Virus genome (UHGV): UHGV-0331106
DNA from: a virus
Direction: 5' to 3' (one strand)
Length of the DNA: 38,151 nucleotides
The notes under the pieces: generated by a model
The model's database searches: none
What the model was told of the DNA's origin: nothing
Seen by the model: the letters and a program-made list of their open reading frames with translations, nothing else
Translations under genes and position numbers: made by a program
Shown here: piece after piece, positions 27,772-37,751 of the stretch
Layout: each line of letters begins with the position of its first letter
Position numbering within the stretch: the first letter of the stretch is position 1

Positions 27772-27996
27772 TCACATTCTATTTTTTATATAATCTTCAA
27801 CATCACTTTTTGCATTTTCCGGCTCACAATAAATCCTGCATCCTGTCACCGTGCTGTCCACTAAATCAGAATCATTAAAATCTGCGCCATTCTTTTCAAG
27901 CCATGTGTCTAATTCATTACATACGTCAATCAAATTCTTTGCAAGTTTCTCGCGCCGGTCAATAAGTCTTTGAACTTTCTTCGGAATTTTCATCAC
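27772..27996 (-). CDS. hypothetical protein (74 aa)
   Basis: ORF only. Confidence 0.35.
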   Translation of the reverse strand: MMKIPKKVQRLIDRREKLAKNLIDVCNELDTWLEKNGADFNDSDLVDSTVTGCRIYCEPENAKSDVEDYIKNRM

Positions 27997-28423
27997 TCCA
28001 CCTCCGTAAAATCAAGTAGGAACTCTTTTACTGTTTGTCCTGTGTATCGATACGCCCTATCATCCACATAAATCTGTGCCGGCAACTTTGTTCTCGTTAT
28101 GCCAACAAAACTAAGTTCTTTGAAAAATGTTTCGTCAGAATTAATAATTTCTGCTTTCATACTAAACCCTTGCTTATCCCACCATTCTTTAATCTGTTTT
28201 GGTTCTCTTGTTGATAAAATAAACACGGGTACCTTCATTGTATTCAAAAGCAATATCAAATCTAAGACTCCAGGGTTATACTCGTCATAAATACTTCCAT
28301 CTTGCCAACCTTTAGAATATTTGTGTAGTCGTCTATCGTATTTCTGTACTCACAGTAGTTTTTGCAAATGTCCTCACAAACTTCTTCAATGATTGTTACT
28401 ATGCTTTTTATTTCATCTTTCAT
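27993..28423 (-). pseudogene. NT5C-like (HAD 5'(3')-deoxyribonucleotidase-like) gene split over two frames
   Basis: Downstream frame: NPGVLDLILLLNTMKVPVFILSTRE...IYVDDRAYRYTG matches the NT5C middle and C-terminal regions. Upstream 54-aa ORF (28259-28423) has a strong SD GAGGTG, but no DxDGT motif I. Confidence 0.45.
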
Positions 28424-28443
28424 CGATTCACCTCATATGTCTT

Positions 28444-28617
28444 CTATTTCCATACTTTCTCCATACACTCTGTATGAAAGAAAATATCTGTTTTTCTCTT
28501 TGTCCTCACATATTCCACATTCCCCATATCATCATCCGGTTTGATTTCTTTTCCACATCCCGGACAGATCACCGGATGATCCCAGTGGCTTTCAATCCTC
28601 TTTTTTTTTCTGTGCAT
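28444..28617 (-). CDS. Zn-ribbon small protein (57 aa), translationally coupled to SNF2
   Basis: C-P-G-C-G...H-T-E-C. Its ATG lies 3 nt after the SNF2 stop. An A9 tract sits in codons 3-6. Confidence 0.45.
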   Translation of the reverse strand: MHRKKKRIESHWDHPVICPGCGKEIKPDDDMGNVEYVRTKRKTDIFFHTECMEKVWK

Positions 28618-28620
28618 TCG

Positions 28621-29970
28621 TCATACCTGCTTCTCCCTAATTGCTTTGATCCTTGCCTTTAAGCTCTGCATCACCCATGCCTGCACATCATCTTTCTTTT
28701 CCAACGCCTTCATCACATCCTCATCCCGGGTATCCGCACACACAAGGTGGTGGATGATCACTCGTTCTGTCTGCCCCTGTCGGTGCAATCTCTTGTTTGC
28801 TTGAGTGTACAGCTCATAATTCCATGTCAATCCGAACCAAATGACATGATTTCCACCTTGCTGCAGGTTCAGTCCGTAAGCGCTGCTTGCCGGATGGGTC
28901 AGAAGGATGTCGATCTGTCCGGCATTCCAATTATCCTCATCCCGTGTGTTTTTCAACTCCCGGACACGCAACTTTGTTTTCTTGAGCGCCTCCAACAGCC
29001 GGATCCGGTCATGCTGGAAATTGTAAAACACCAGTGCCGGCTTTCCTTGCAGGGATTCAATCAACTCCATAAATGCCTCGATCTTGCAGTTATGCACCTC
29101 GTGGATATTCCGATCTTCGTCATAAATCGCCCCGTTTCCAAGTTGTAGAAGCTTATTGCTTAACGCCGCTGCACTAGTCACGCTAATCTCCTCCTCATCT
29201 TCCGGAAGCTCCAGTACCATCTTCCGTTCCAAGTCGGCATAGGCTTTTCTTGATTTATCATCCAGCATTACCGGGATTTCGTGATAAGTGACTTCCGGAA
29301 GCTGTAAGTAATCCTCCGCTTTCATGGAGATGCAGATATCCGAAATTTTTTGCAAGATGCTTTCTTCCGTTCCCGGCTTTGCCTTGTAGTTATATATCAC
29401 ACCCCTGCCCCTGTCCCTGTCCCCGGGATCAAAATACCGTTCCCGGAACTGTGTGTATCTCCGTCCCAGACGTTCGCCTCCATCCAGAAGGAATACCTGT
29501 GCCCATAAGTCCTCAAGTCCATTTGGGGAAGGTGTACCTGTAAGCTCCACAATCCTGTCGATATGCGTCCCAACACTTGCCAGGGATTTGAACCTCTTCG
29601 CCTTGTGACTCTTAAAGCTGCTGGACTCATCGATGACCACCATATCAAACGGCCAGCTGTTCCGGTAGTAATCCACCAGCCAGCATACATTCTCCCGGTT
29701 GATAATATAAATATCTGCCGGCGTGTTTAATGCCCGGATTCGTTTTGTCTGGCTTCCCAAAACCGGGGAAACCCTCAAGATCTTTGTGTGATCCCATTTA
29801 TCTTTCTCTTTCGTCCATGTACCCTCCGCTACTTTTTTCGGTGCGATCACCAGCACCTTTTTCACTTGGAACCGGTTATACTTCAATTCACGGATCGCAG
29901 TCAGGGTCGTGACTGTCTTTCCCAAACCATTAACCCATGTCCAAAAAAAGCCCGATTTTTTTAATCTCAA
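28621..29970 (-). CDS. SNF2-family DEAD/DEAH helicase
   Basis: GLGKT Walker A and VIDESS DExx box. TTG start only 15 codons before Walker A. Confidence 0.8.
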   Translation of the reverse strand: MRLKKSGFFWTWVNGLGKTVTTLTAIRELKYNRFQVKKVLVIAPKKVAEGTWTKEKDKWDHTKILRVSPVLGSQTKRIRALNTPADIYIINRENVCWLVDYYRNSWPFDMVVIDESSSFKSHKAKRFKSLASVGTHIDRIVELTGTPSPNGLEDLWAQVFLLDGGERLGRRYTQFRERYFDPGDRDRGRGVIYNYKAKPGTEESILQKISDICISMKAEDYLQLPEVTYHEIPVMLDDKSRKAYADLERKMVLELPEDEEEISVTSAAALSNKLLQLGNGAIYDEDRNIHEVHNCKIEAFMELIESLQGKPALVFYNFQHDRIRLLEALKKTKLRVRELKNTRDEDNWNAGQIDILLTHPASSAYGLNLQQGGNHVIWFGLTWNYELYTQANKRLHRQGQTERVIIHHLVCADTRDEDVMKALEKKDDVQAWVMQSLKARIKAIREKQV

Positions 29971-30305
29971 TGATTTTGTTTATGCAGTATTGCTGATAAC
30001 CGTGCGGTTTGAACATCATGTAGCATCACCTCCTCACATTCCTTCAAAAATTCTGTCACTTCTTTTTCCCCGTAAAGTACCATCACTGTCTGACCTAAGT
30101 CTTTTAATCTTTTCAGCTGCACCCTTTGTAGGGACGTCAGTCTCCCTGTTATTGTTTTCAGCTCTACAAAAATTGCAGGCAACCCGGGAAGAACTACAAT
30201 CCGATCCGGCACACCGTCATTACCGGGGCTTACCCACTTGAACGCTCTGCCGCCCAGTTTTCGGATTCCGTCCACCAGCATTTTTTCTACTTCTCTTTCT
30301 TTCAT
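29967..30305 (-). CDS. VRR-NUC domain nuclease
   Basis: GVPDRIVVLPG...FVELKT. ATG at 30305 with SD GAGGAA, overlapping the upstream stop (ATGA). Confidence 0.75.
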   Translation of the reverse strand: MKEREVEKMLVDGIRKLGGRAFKWVSPGNDGVPDRIVVLPGLPAIFVELKTITGRLTSLQRVQLKRLKDLGQTVMVLYGEKEVTEFLKECEEVMLHDVQTARLSAILHKQNH

Positions 30306-30568
30306 GTCATAAATTCCTCGCTTTTTATTTTCCACATAATTTCCGGGTCAATAGGATTCTCCCAAGACCATACGTATCCTTCGGTTACTTTTTCAGTTCC
30401 TATGCTGAGGCGTTTTCTTGCCTCTCTTATCTCACTTTTTCTAACACCTTCTCCCTGCATCATCCCCTTCACATAAAGCATCGCCTCTTTCGCTGTTGTA
30501 CTTTTCTTCCCCACAAAAAATTTTGACAACAGCATTTCTGCACAGAGAACTCTATTTTCATCAAGCAT
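30302..30568 (-). CDS. hypothetical protein (88 aa)
   Basis: ORF only. Confidence 0.35.
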   Translation of the reverse strand: MLDENRVLCAEMLLSKFFVGKKSTTAKEAMLYVKGMMQGEGVRKSEIREARKRLSIGTEKVTEGYVWSWENPIDPEIMWKIKSEEFMT

Positions 30569-30657
30569 TTTTCTTTCTCACTTTCTTCTGTTTTTTCGGA
30601 ACGAACACCTTTTAAATTTCTTCTCAAGAATATCCACCCCTTTCCGGCTTGCCGCAA

Positions 30658-30923
30658 CCAACTTCCCTATAATATGTAATGAGATATCTTAATTAGGTAA
30701 TTTAGGTACATTAGGTACAACAGGTATATTTACCTAACCTATATATTTTTTCATTACTATAGAAAGTTGGTTTACATAGTTTACATATACTTAAAAACCT
30801 TTGCATTTACTGGGTTTTCCTGACAACTAAGTACGTAAACTTTTAAAAATTTACCGTTTACTCGGTTTACATCGCTATTTTTCTCCGTAAACCGCATTTT
30901 TTCGTATGGTATACGCATAACGT
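30658..30923. repeat. iteron cluster / putative origin: TAGGTA(A/C) x4 with inverted TACCTA, and GTTTAC(A) x5 with inverted GTAAAC x2
   Basis: AT-rich 265-nt intergenic region immediately upstream of the primase-helicase gene. Confidence 0.55.
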
Positions 30924-33323
30924 TTACACCCTTTCAAATCCTTTTTGTGTCCCATATACACCGTAGCGTCTCACGCTTTTATTTCGTTTCCATCCTTTTA
31001 TTGATGCCAGGATACCGTTTATCTCCATGCTGTCGGTTTTCTTCATAAATTTCACATCCCCATTAAAGCATTCTGCCCACACTTCCATCGCGCAAACTTT
31101 ATCTCTTTCTACCAATTCCGTTCCCTTTGGAAGATGCAGGCTTCCTGCGTAAAATTGTCTGCGCTGCGACAGGCTTAAGGAATCCCAGTTCGAAGGAATC
31201 AGACGTTCTAAGAATTCCCGGATCAACCCTTCCTTCCCGGATGCCTCTCTGTGGCTCTCCTGCATCTCTTCCGCCAGTTGTTCTTCTTCCTTAGTCATAT
31301 ACAGTGGTTCCCCCAACAGCCAATAGGTGTATGCCTCCGCCCATATCTGATCCACCTCCTGTGGCAGATCCTGCCACACGGACTTCTTTGCCGGATGCAC
31401 GCCCACATCCACTGGCCAGAACCGTCTATTTCCCGTCATGTCCTTTAAAAACTCTTCTTCGTTGCTCGTTCCGAAGAAGACGCAGCGGCGCGGATATTTG
31501 TTTGTTCTGCGCCCATAGGCGGCACGGTAGATATCGTCTGTCTTACTTAAAAACTGCTTGACCGCATTGGTCTCCTGCTTTGTCATAGCAGTCAGTTCCC
31601 CCACCTCATTGATCCACGTTCCCTGTATAAGTTCTGCGGCCTCTTTTCCCTCAAAACTAGTCAGGGAATCGGAAAACCAGTCTTTTCCCAGTATCCGCAG
31701 GAACGTACTCTTTCCGATTCCCTGCGGACCGGTAAAGATTGGCATATAATCATATTTCACGCCACCTGTGACCGCCCGGGCCACCGCTGCACACAGAGAC
31801 TTACGCATGACGGCCCTTGTGTAGCCGTTATCCTCAGCACCCAAATACACGCTCAGAAGTGTATCTAGCCGATTCTGTCCGTCCCATTTTAAGGATTTCA
31901 AATACTCTTTCACGTCGTTGATGCGGTTCTGACTACTCACGATCAGGAGTGCATTATCCAACTTCTCTCTACCGGTAATCCCGTAGAACAATTCCATATA
32001 ATTATAGAAGCCCGCATCATCTTCATCTTTCCATCTCCGCTTTTCCTCGCCCGCACTCCACGGAACTTTTCCGAGGATCAAGCCGCAGCTTGCAAATTCA
32101 TCCGTCACAATCTTCCCTTTTAAAAGAGGGTCATTCTGCAAGATGAGCACCGCGTTATTGATCGTCTTTTCTATTTTTCCGTTTCCGTCATGGGTAAGTC
32201 GGGAGATCCAAGACAGGTCATCTTCCGATACTGTCTCTCCCTCCTCTGCTTGGAATGCCTGTCGAGCCTGTTCCATCTTCTCTTTCGCAAGCAAATCGGA
32301 AACTCCCTTATCGCCAACTGCCAAATGGCTCATAGCCACAAAGGACGGCAGTTTATTCACAGGAGTTCCGTCTTTCGCGTCCCGATCCTTATCACCGTAC
32401 ATATGTAGGCGCACAAGATCAAAGGCATTAACGAGCATGCCGGAACACGGATCCGTTGCGTGGTGAGAATAAAGGAACAGATCCCCGTCATACACAACTG
32501 CACCGCCCACCGTAGACCCGCCAGTGTAGGTATAACGTCCCTCAATATCCGTAGGATCATACATCCCCGGAATGAACTTCTCCATTGCCTGAGAGATCGT
32601 GTATGTCCGGCAGAATGCACCGATGATTCCACGCTTTGTAGTCGGGTCTTCCTGTTTCGCAAGCCGTCTCTTTTCGATTGCTGCCGTTCCCGGCACCTGT
32701 GGCCATTGCGAAATATCTGTCCAGTCTCCGTACATCTGAAGGAGACCGGACAGGCTGCAGAATGGGTGATCGTATACTTCAAAGATGTATTCCCCGTCTT
32801 TACAGCAGCTTGGCCAGTACATCAGCCTCGACACATCAAAAGTAGTCGGGTCACAGAATTCCATTCCGATCAAAGATGCCAGCTTTCTTGCCGCCGGCTC
32901 ATATTCATCCGCTGACGCGGTCGCATCCAGTGGTACAATCACACGGAGTCTGGGCGCATACCCAGCGTGTTTTCTTGTGCTGTAGACCAAAGCCGCGCAC
33001 CCCAAACCGGATACCCGTTTCAAAATCTCATCCGTACCGCCTGCGGGGATGTTATCCATGTCCAGAGTCAGAAGATCTCTGCCCTTTACATAAGCAGCTT
33101 TCCGGATATTATTCTCAAATGTGCCGCCCACAAAACCACCGACATCTTTTAATTCATCCTGTCGGTATTTCGGCATCGCAAGATATTCTTCCACTGTCTC
33201 CGTACTTCGTACCGGAGTTTTTACCCTGTATGCAAATTCAGACCAGAGGATTTCTGTTTCCGGCCAGTGCTTTGTTTTTCTTGTGCCGGCGGTACTAATG
33301 TGTAATTTTCTGTTATGCTGCAT
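30924..33323 (-). CDS. primase-polymerase / VirE-D5-type helicase (799 aa)
   Basis: P-loop GPQGIGKST in the C-terminal half; N-terminal prim-pol-like region. SD GAGGGA. Confidence 0.8.
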   Translation of the reverse strand: MQHNRKLHISTAGTRKTKHWPETEILWSEFAYRVKTPVRSTETVEEYLAMPKYRQDELKDVGGFVGGTFENNIRKAAYVKGRDLLTLDMDNIPAGGTDEILKRVSGLGCAALVYSTRKHAGYAPRLRVIVPLDATASADEYEPAARKLASLIGMEFCDPTTFDVSRLMYWPSCCKDGEYIFEVYDHPFCSLSGLLQMYGDWTDISQWPQVPGTAAIEKRRLAKQEDPTTKRGIIGAFCRTYTISQAMEKFIPGMYDPTDIEGRYTYTGGSTVGGAVVYDGDLFLYSHHATDPCSGMLVNAFDLVRLHMYGDKDRDAKDGTPVNKLPSFVAMSHLAVGDKGVSDLLAKEKMEQARQAFQAEEGETVSEDDLSWISRLTHDGNGKIEKTINNAVLILQNDPLLKGKIVTDEFASCGLILGKVPWSAGEEKRRWKDEDDAGFYNYMELFYGITGREKLDNALLIVSSQNRINDVKEYLKSLKWDGQNRLDTLLSVYLGAEDNGYTRAVMRKSLCAAVARAVTGGVKYDYMPIFTGPQGIGKSTFLRILGKDWFSDSLTSFEGKEAAELIQGTWINEVGELTAMTKQETNAVKQFLSKTDDIYRAAYGRRTNKYPRRCVFFGTSNEEEFLKDMTGNRRFWPVDVGVHPAKKSVWQDLPQEVDQIWAEAYTYWLLGEPLYMTKEEEQLAEEMQESHREASGKEGLIREFLERLIPSNWDSLSLSQRRQFYAGSLHLPKGTELVERDKVCAMEVWAECFNGDVKFMKKTDSMEINGILASIKGWKRNKSVRRYGVYGTQKGFERV

Positions 33324-33334
33324 CCGTCATCCCT

Positions 33335-35314
33335 CTAATCTTTCATATAATAGTTACTTTCAAATCCTGCGCCTTTCAGTATTAACCCTGGTGCCCATGT
33401 TATCGGTTCTGCCATCAGATTACAGATTTCATCTACTGTCACATCCATCGGCGCGTCGATGATCACTTCATCGTGGACATGGAATACCACCTGCAGCCCT
33501 TTTTTCTCAATTCTTCGTAATGTTTCCGCAAGACAGTCTCTTGCGATTGCCTGCACGATATTCTCTGTCATTTTGCCACCATAAGTGGACGTCACTTCCC
33601 ATTTCCTTGTCTGCTGACCCACTGTATAGTAATGGATAGCCGCTTTCCCGAACTGATTCTCCTGTAAAAATGGTTTCGGGTAAAAAAGCTTCCTTCCACT
33701 CGGAAGCTGTACTGTAAGGAAGTGTTGCTCATACACAAGATCGCTTTCCAGCGCAAAGATCAGTCCGTTGATTGCATGTGGTTGTGCTGTCAGCATCGTT
33801 TGTAACGATGCCTCTTCTACGGCATACCACAGGTCACGGATTCTCGGGTTTGCGCTCCTCCATCTCTGCACGATGTCCGGAAGTTCTTCTTCTGTCAGTC
33901 CCATATTCAAAGCCCCCATTGCAATCAGCGCATTAGAACCTCCCTGATATCCAAGCGCAAGCGTCGCAACCTTTCCTTTCTGCCGCAGACTGTATTCTGG
34001 ATTTCCTTTTGTGATTCTTTCGATCGGCACATGGAACATTTGAGATGCCGTCGCTTCGTAGATTTTTCCGTGGGTAGCAAACACTTCATTTACCCACTGT
34101 TCTCCTGCCAGCCACGCGATCACACGTGCCTCGATCGCAGAGAAGTCCGCCACTACAAACTTCTGCCCCTCAGAAGGGATAAACGCTGTTCGGATCAGCT
34201 GAGAAAGTGTATCCGGTACGTTTCCGTAGATCAGCCGAACGCCTTCATAATTTTTCGCCTTTACCAGCTTTCTTGCCTCGTCCAGTGTTTTCAGATAGTT
34301 CCGCGGGAGGTTTTGCATCTGCACAAGACGTCCTGCCCATCTGCCAGTTCTGTTAGCACCGTAGAACTGGGTCAGTCCTCGAACGCGTTCTCCTTCTCCC
34401 TCTGCGGTTTTCATAGCTACATATTTTTTAATGGAGGTCTTTCCGAGCTGCTGACGTATCTCCAGCACCCTCCTCACCTCATCTGATATATCACTACGGC
34501 TCAATAATTCCGTTACGTTCTCTTTCGTCAAGCCGGAGATTTCTCCGGATATTTGCTTTTCAATCCACACTTTTAACTGTGAGGTACTGTTCGGATTTCC
34601 AAGTCCGGTAATATCAATAGCTTCCATCGTCAGGTTTTCACTGCTGATCGCGTCGATAGCCAGAGCCCCGTTGATCAGCTCCTCATCCACACGAACTCCG
34701 TACGCATTCATCCGAATATCCATCTGCCATAAGAACTCTTCCTCTTCCGGAACTGGATACTGCTCCAACCGTTTCAAAATCTCGTACTCTGTTATTACGT
34801 CCTGCTTGCAGTAATCTTTAAAAAGCACCCATTTTTCAGGCGCATGTTTTGGCAAGTTCCATGTTCTGTTCCCGTTCGTCTTTGTCGGTTTACATGGTAC
34901 ACAAAAATATCGGATCAGTGCCTTTCCTGTTGTCAACTTCCGCTTATCCTGCGGCAGTCCGATTGCTTTTCCGGTTGCGTCCAGACCTGCTGTATATCCG
35001 CAGTACAGACCGTGCATCATAGTACATCGCCACTGCTCCAAAGGAGTCGTATATCCAGCGCGATTTAAACAGTACCATTCAAAGGCTGCGTTATATGCGT
35101 GTTTGATCGTATCCGGATCTACAAGCTCGTCCAGTATCCAGTCCGGAATCAATTCACCTGTAGCAAGATCCACAATCTGAACCGGATCATCATCCCATTT
35201 GTAGGCAAATAAAAGGATTGCAAAATCCGGAGACTGTGCATATTTATATAATCCAGCTTTTCCAATATCTATGCTGCTTTTTGTCTCTATATCTATCGAT
35301 AGATGATGCCTCAT
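33335..35314 (-). CDS. family A DNA polymerase (PolI-like with 3'-5' exonuclease)
   Basis: DIET exonuclease motif near the N-terminus and HVHDEVII motif C. SD AAAGGAG. Confidence 0.85.
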   Translation of the reverse strand: MRHHLSIDIETKSSIDIGKAGLYKYAQSPDFAILLFAYKWDDDPVQIVDLATGELIPDWILDELVDPDTIKHAYNAAFEWYCLNRAGYTTPLEQWRCTMMHGLYCGYTAGLDATGKAIGLPQDKRKLTTGKALIRYFCVPCKPTKTNGNRTWNLPKHAPEKWVLFKDYCKQDVITEYEILKRLEQYPVPEEEEFLWQMDIRMNAYGVRVDEELINGALAIDAISSENLTMEAIDITGLGNPNSTSQLKVWIEKQISGEISGLTKENVTELLSRSDISDEVRRVLEIRQQLGKTSIKKYVAMKTAEGEGERVRGLTQFYGANRTGRWAGRLVQMQNLPRNYLKTLDEARKLVKAKNYEGVRLIYGNVPDTLSQLIRTAFIPSEGQKFVVADFSAIEARVIAWLAGEQWVNEVFATHGKIYEATASQMFHVPIERITKGNPEYSLRQKGKVATLALGYQGGSNALIAMGALNMGLTEEELPDIVQRWRSANPRIRDLWYAVEEASLQTMLTAQPHAINGLIFALESDLVYEQHFLTVQLPSGRKLFYPKPFLQENQFGKAAIHYYTVGQQTRKWEVTSTYGGKMTENIVQAIARDCLAETLRRIEKKGLQVVFHVHDEVIIDAPMDVTVDEICNLMAEPITWAPGLILKGAGFESNYYMKD

Positions 35315-35363
35315 CCGTATCTTCTCCTTTTAAACATGCGGAGTCTTTCGACTCCGCAAAAAA

Positions 35364-35984
35364 TTACATCGGAAGTCCTGTGATAGGATTGATCTGAACT
35401 CCCCCATTTTGTGGATGTGTTGCTGATGCCGGCTGTGGCGCTCCGAACGCCTGTGCAGCGGATACGTGTCCCCCTGACAGGGTTTCCCCATCTTCCAACT
35501 TCTGAACCGGACCCAGTCCACATCCAATTCCTTTCTTCCCTCCAAATGAGTAAGGGAAGAAATTCACGTTCACTCGTCCGTACATTCCGCTGTACACTTC
35601 TGACTGATTGATGATCGGATTTCCCATCTTATCCACTACTTCCGGTGGATAATCTACCTTCGCACTTGCGGTAAACACCCAATGACCTTTACATTCTTCT
35701 CCGAACGGCATGCCGTCACTTGGCCGGACTCCATCTCCATCGTAAACCGGAGTCGGTACGATTGGAGGGCACGCCCCATTCCATTTTTCTGTAATCCCCT
35801 TTTGTTTCGCGGCTTCAATCGCTGCATTGATCCGGGCCATTGTTTCCACATCCGTCTTCGGGATCAGTACAGTTACACTGAATTTTTCTTCCTGCCCCTG
35901 CATTGCAGCATAAGGCTTAAATAAATGTACATAACTTAATCTTGCTTTTTCTGTTGTTACGTTCGTTGCTTCTCCGATTCCCAT
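35364..35984 (-). CDS. DUF2815-like phage protein (ssDNA-binding-like member of this replication module)
   Basis: Synteny between the DUF2800-like nuclease and PolA. Family name recalled from memory. Confidence 0.5.
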   Translation of the reverse strand: MGIGEATNVTTEKARLSYVHLFKPYAAMQGQEEKFSVTVLIPKTDVETMARINAAIEAAKQKGITEKWNGACPPIVPTPVYDGDGVRPSDGMPFGEECKGHWVFTASAKVDYPPEVVDKMGNPIINQSEVYSGMYGRVNVNFFPYSFGGKKGIGCGLGPVQKLEDGETLSGGHVSAAQAFGAPQPASATHPQNGGVQINPITGLPM

Positions 35985-35985
35985 T

Positions 35986-37164
35986 TCAATTTTCCTCCTT
36001 AAATGCTTCCTGTGCGGTTACTTTATTTGTAATTGCATGTCTCTTATCAGATGCTTCTACTAGTGTCGGTTTCCCCGGTTTCTGGGTCACAAACTCTCCC
36101 ACAGCATCTGCAAAATCTTTCTTTCCGATTGTCTTTTCCACCTGTGCCATTGTCAGCGGCTTTTTCTCCCAAAGGATTTCTTCTGCCACAACACCGCTCT
36201 TAGTTAATTTTTCAAAAGCGGCATCCATGTCCGTCCAGTCGCGGGATCGTCTTCCTTCCACTGCCTTCCATCCGGGAACTTCATTCCCGGCGAGACATTC
36301 AGACAGCGCCCACTCCTGCAGGTCTTTCTGATATGCAACTACGTCCCTCATTGCCAAAAGACGTTGTCCGGCTTCCTCCTTTGTAATCAGTGGTGGCAGC
36401 TCTCCTAAATTGAACGCCATCTTCACATTGTGGTCAGATCGTGCGCGGCATTGTTTCTTTGCCCGGCAGAACTTACAGGTCTTTTCTCCAGGTGCGAACT
36501 CTCCTTCTCCCGCAAATGCAAGTGTCGCGCGCTCTTTTGCATAAGCCCCAAATTGCAGGAGCTCTTCCAATGTACACTCCCATTCCGAAATTCCATCCGG
36601 AAGGCGGGGCTGTACAATTCCTAAGCGAATCCGCTCAATCGGATAAAGAATCTTACATGCTTCATACGCACCCAGCGCATACAACATCATTTGCGGATTC
36701 TCTTCGGCGGAAACAGGAACACCTTTTCCATATTTGAAATCAATTACGAACAGAGTGTTCCCCTGGATCATAATACAGTCTGCAGTTCCGAATCCTTCCG
36801 GAACATAATCACTGAAATCGACCCGTTTCTCCACTTCTACAAACGGAGTTGCCGGAAGCTTGATAGATACATCCCGGATATAATCGATATAAGTATCTGT
36901 ATGTATCAACATCTCGTCATCCCACAGAGGATCTTCTTTAAATTTTTTGATTGCAAAGGTGAGTTTACGTTTGGAAACGTCCCCGGGATTAAAATAATTC
37001 CGCACCTTCAGTTCAGCAAGTTCATGTGCCAGTGTACCTTCCTTTGCCGCTTCCGAGGTAGTATCCGGAAACTGTTCTTCCAATCGAGCACTCTTCGTAC
37101 ATTTGAGCCATCGATGTGTGCTGGATGCACTTAAGAGTGCGTGATCTCTTTCATCATGTCCCAT
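35986..37164 (-). CDS. PD-(D/E)XK nuclease, DUF2800/Cas4-like with C-terminal Cys cluster
   Basis: DFKYGKG motif and CKFCRAKKQC Fe-S-like cysteines. Confidence 0.6.
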   Translation of the reverse strand: MGHDERDHALLSASSTHRWLKCTKSARLEEQFPDTTSEAAKEGTLAHELAELKVRNYFNPGDVSKRKLTFAIKKFKEDPLWDDEMLIHTDTYIDYIRDVSIKLPATPFVEVEKRVDFSDYVPEGFGTADCIMIQGNTLFVIDFKYGKGVPVSAEENPQMMLYALGAYEACKILYPIERIRLGIVQPRLPDGISEWECTLEELLQFGAYAKERATLAFAGEGEFAPGEKTCKFCRAKKQCRARSDHNVKMAFNLGELPPLITKEEAGQRLLAMRDVVAYQKDLQEWALSECLAGNEVPGWKAVEGRRSRDWTDMDAAFEKLTKSGVVAEEILWEKKPLTMAQVEKTIGKKDFADAVGEFVTQKPGKPTLVEASDKRHAITNKVTAQEAFKEEN

Positions 37165-37574
37165 CAGATCTGCGCCCCCATTCCCCGAAGTGATGTCGCG
37201 AAACTACCGAACTGATCCTCCGTAAGTTGCTGTAACGTCTCACATCCATAGCTTGTAAGCAGTTGCTGTAGTTGAACCATACCCCCCTTATCCATCAGAG
37301 TCATCGCTGCCCGCGCCAAATCATCCCGCGTATACTCGTGCCGACTAGTTGGAACTGCAGTCTGTACAGGTACAGTCGGAGCAACCGGCATGGATACGGA
37401 CGGCACATTCTGTACCGGCGCTGATACAGGAGTGCTTTGACAACTTTCTGAAACACTATGCTGTTTCATCTCTTCCGCGGTTGTAACTGCCTTCTCTTCC
37501 TTTGCCGACGCACGCCCCTGAATTTTTTCCATAAAATCCATCATTTCTTCGTAACTATTAAATATAATCTGCAT
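37164..37574 (-). CDS. hypothetical protein (136 aa)
   Basis: SD AGGAGGG with an 8-nt spacer. Confidence 0.45.
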   Translation of the reverse strand: MQIIFNSYEEMMDFMEKIQGRASAKEEKAVTTAEEMKQHSVSESCQSTPVSAPVQNVPSVSMPVAPTVPVQTAVPTSRHEYTRDDLARAAMTLMDKGGMVQLQQLLTSYGCETLQQLTEDQFGSFATSLRGMGAQI

Positions 37575-37751
37575 AATTATTTCCCTCCTAATTTTTCTAA
37601 CCCTGCACGGGCAATTTTTACGAACTCATCCTCCGTGAGGCTGATTCCTTTTGTCATCTTCTCGTGGTCATCGGACCACCCACGAATATCCAGCTTTGGT
37701 TCTTTCCCAAACTAACTGACGATATTTAATTCTGTGTGATAAACATCCGTC

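Noticed and set aside
30469-30657. 62-aa minus-strand ORF
   Set aside because: Overlaps the 88-aa gene in another frame; no SD.
37575-37751. 26-aa micro-ORF (MTKGISLTEDEFVKIARAGLEKLGGK) or a 44-codon frame without canonical start between the repeat gene and 37164-37574
   Set aside because: Weak SD and very short. Could be real but unsupported.
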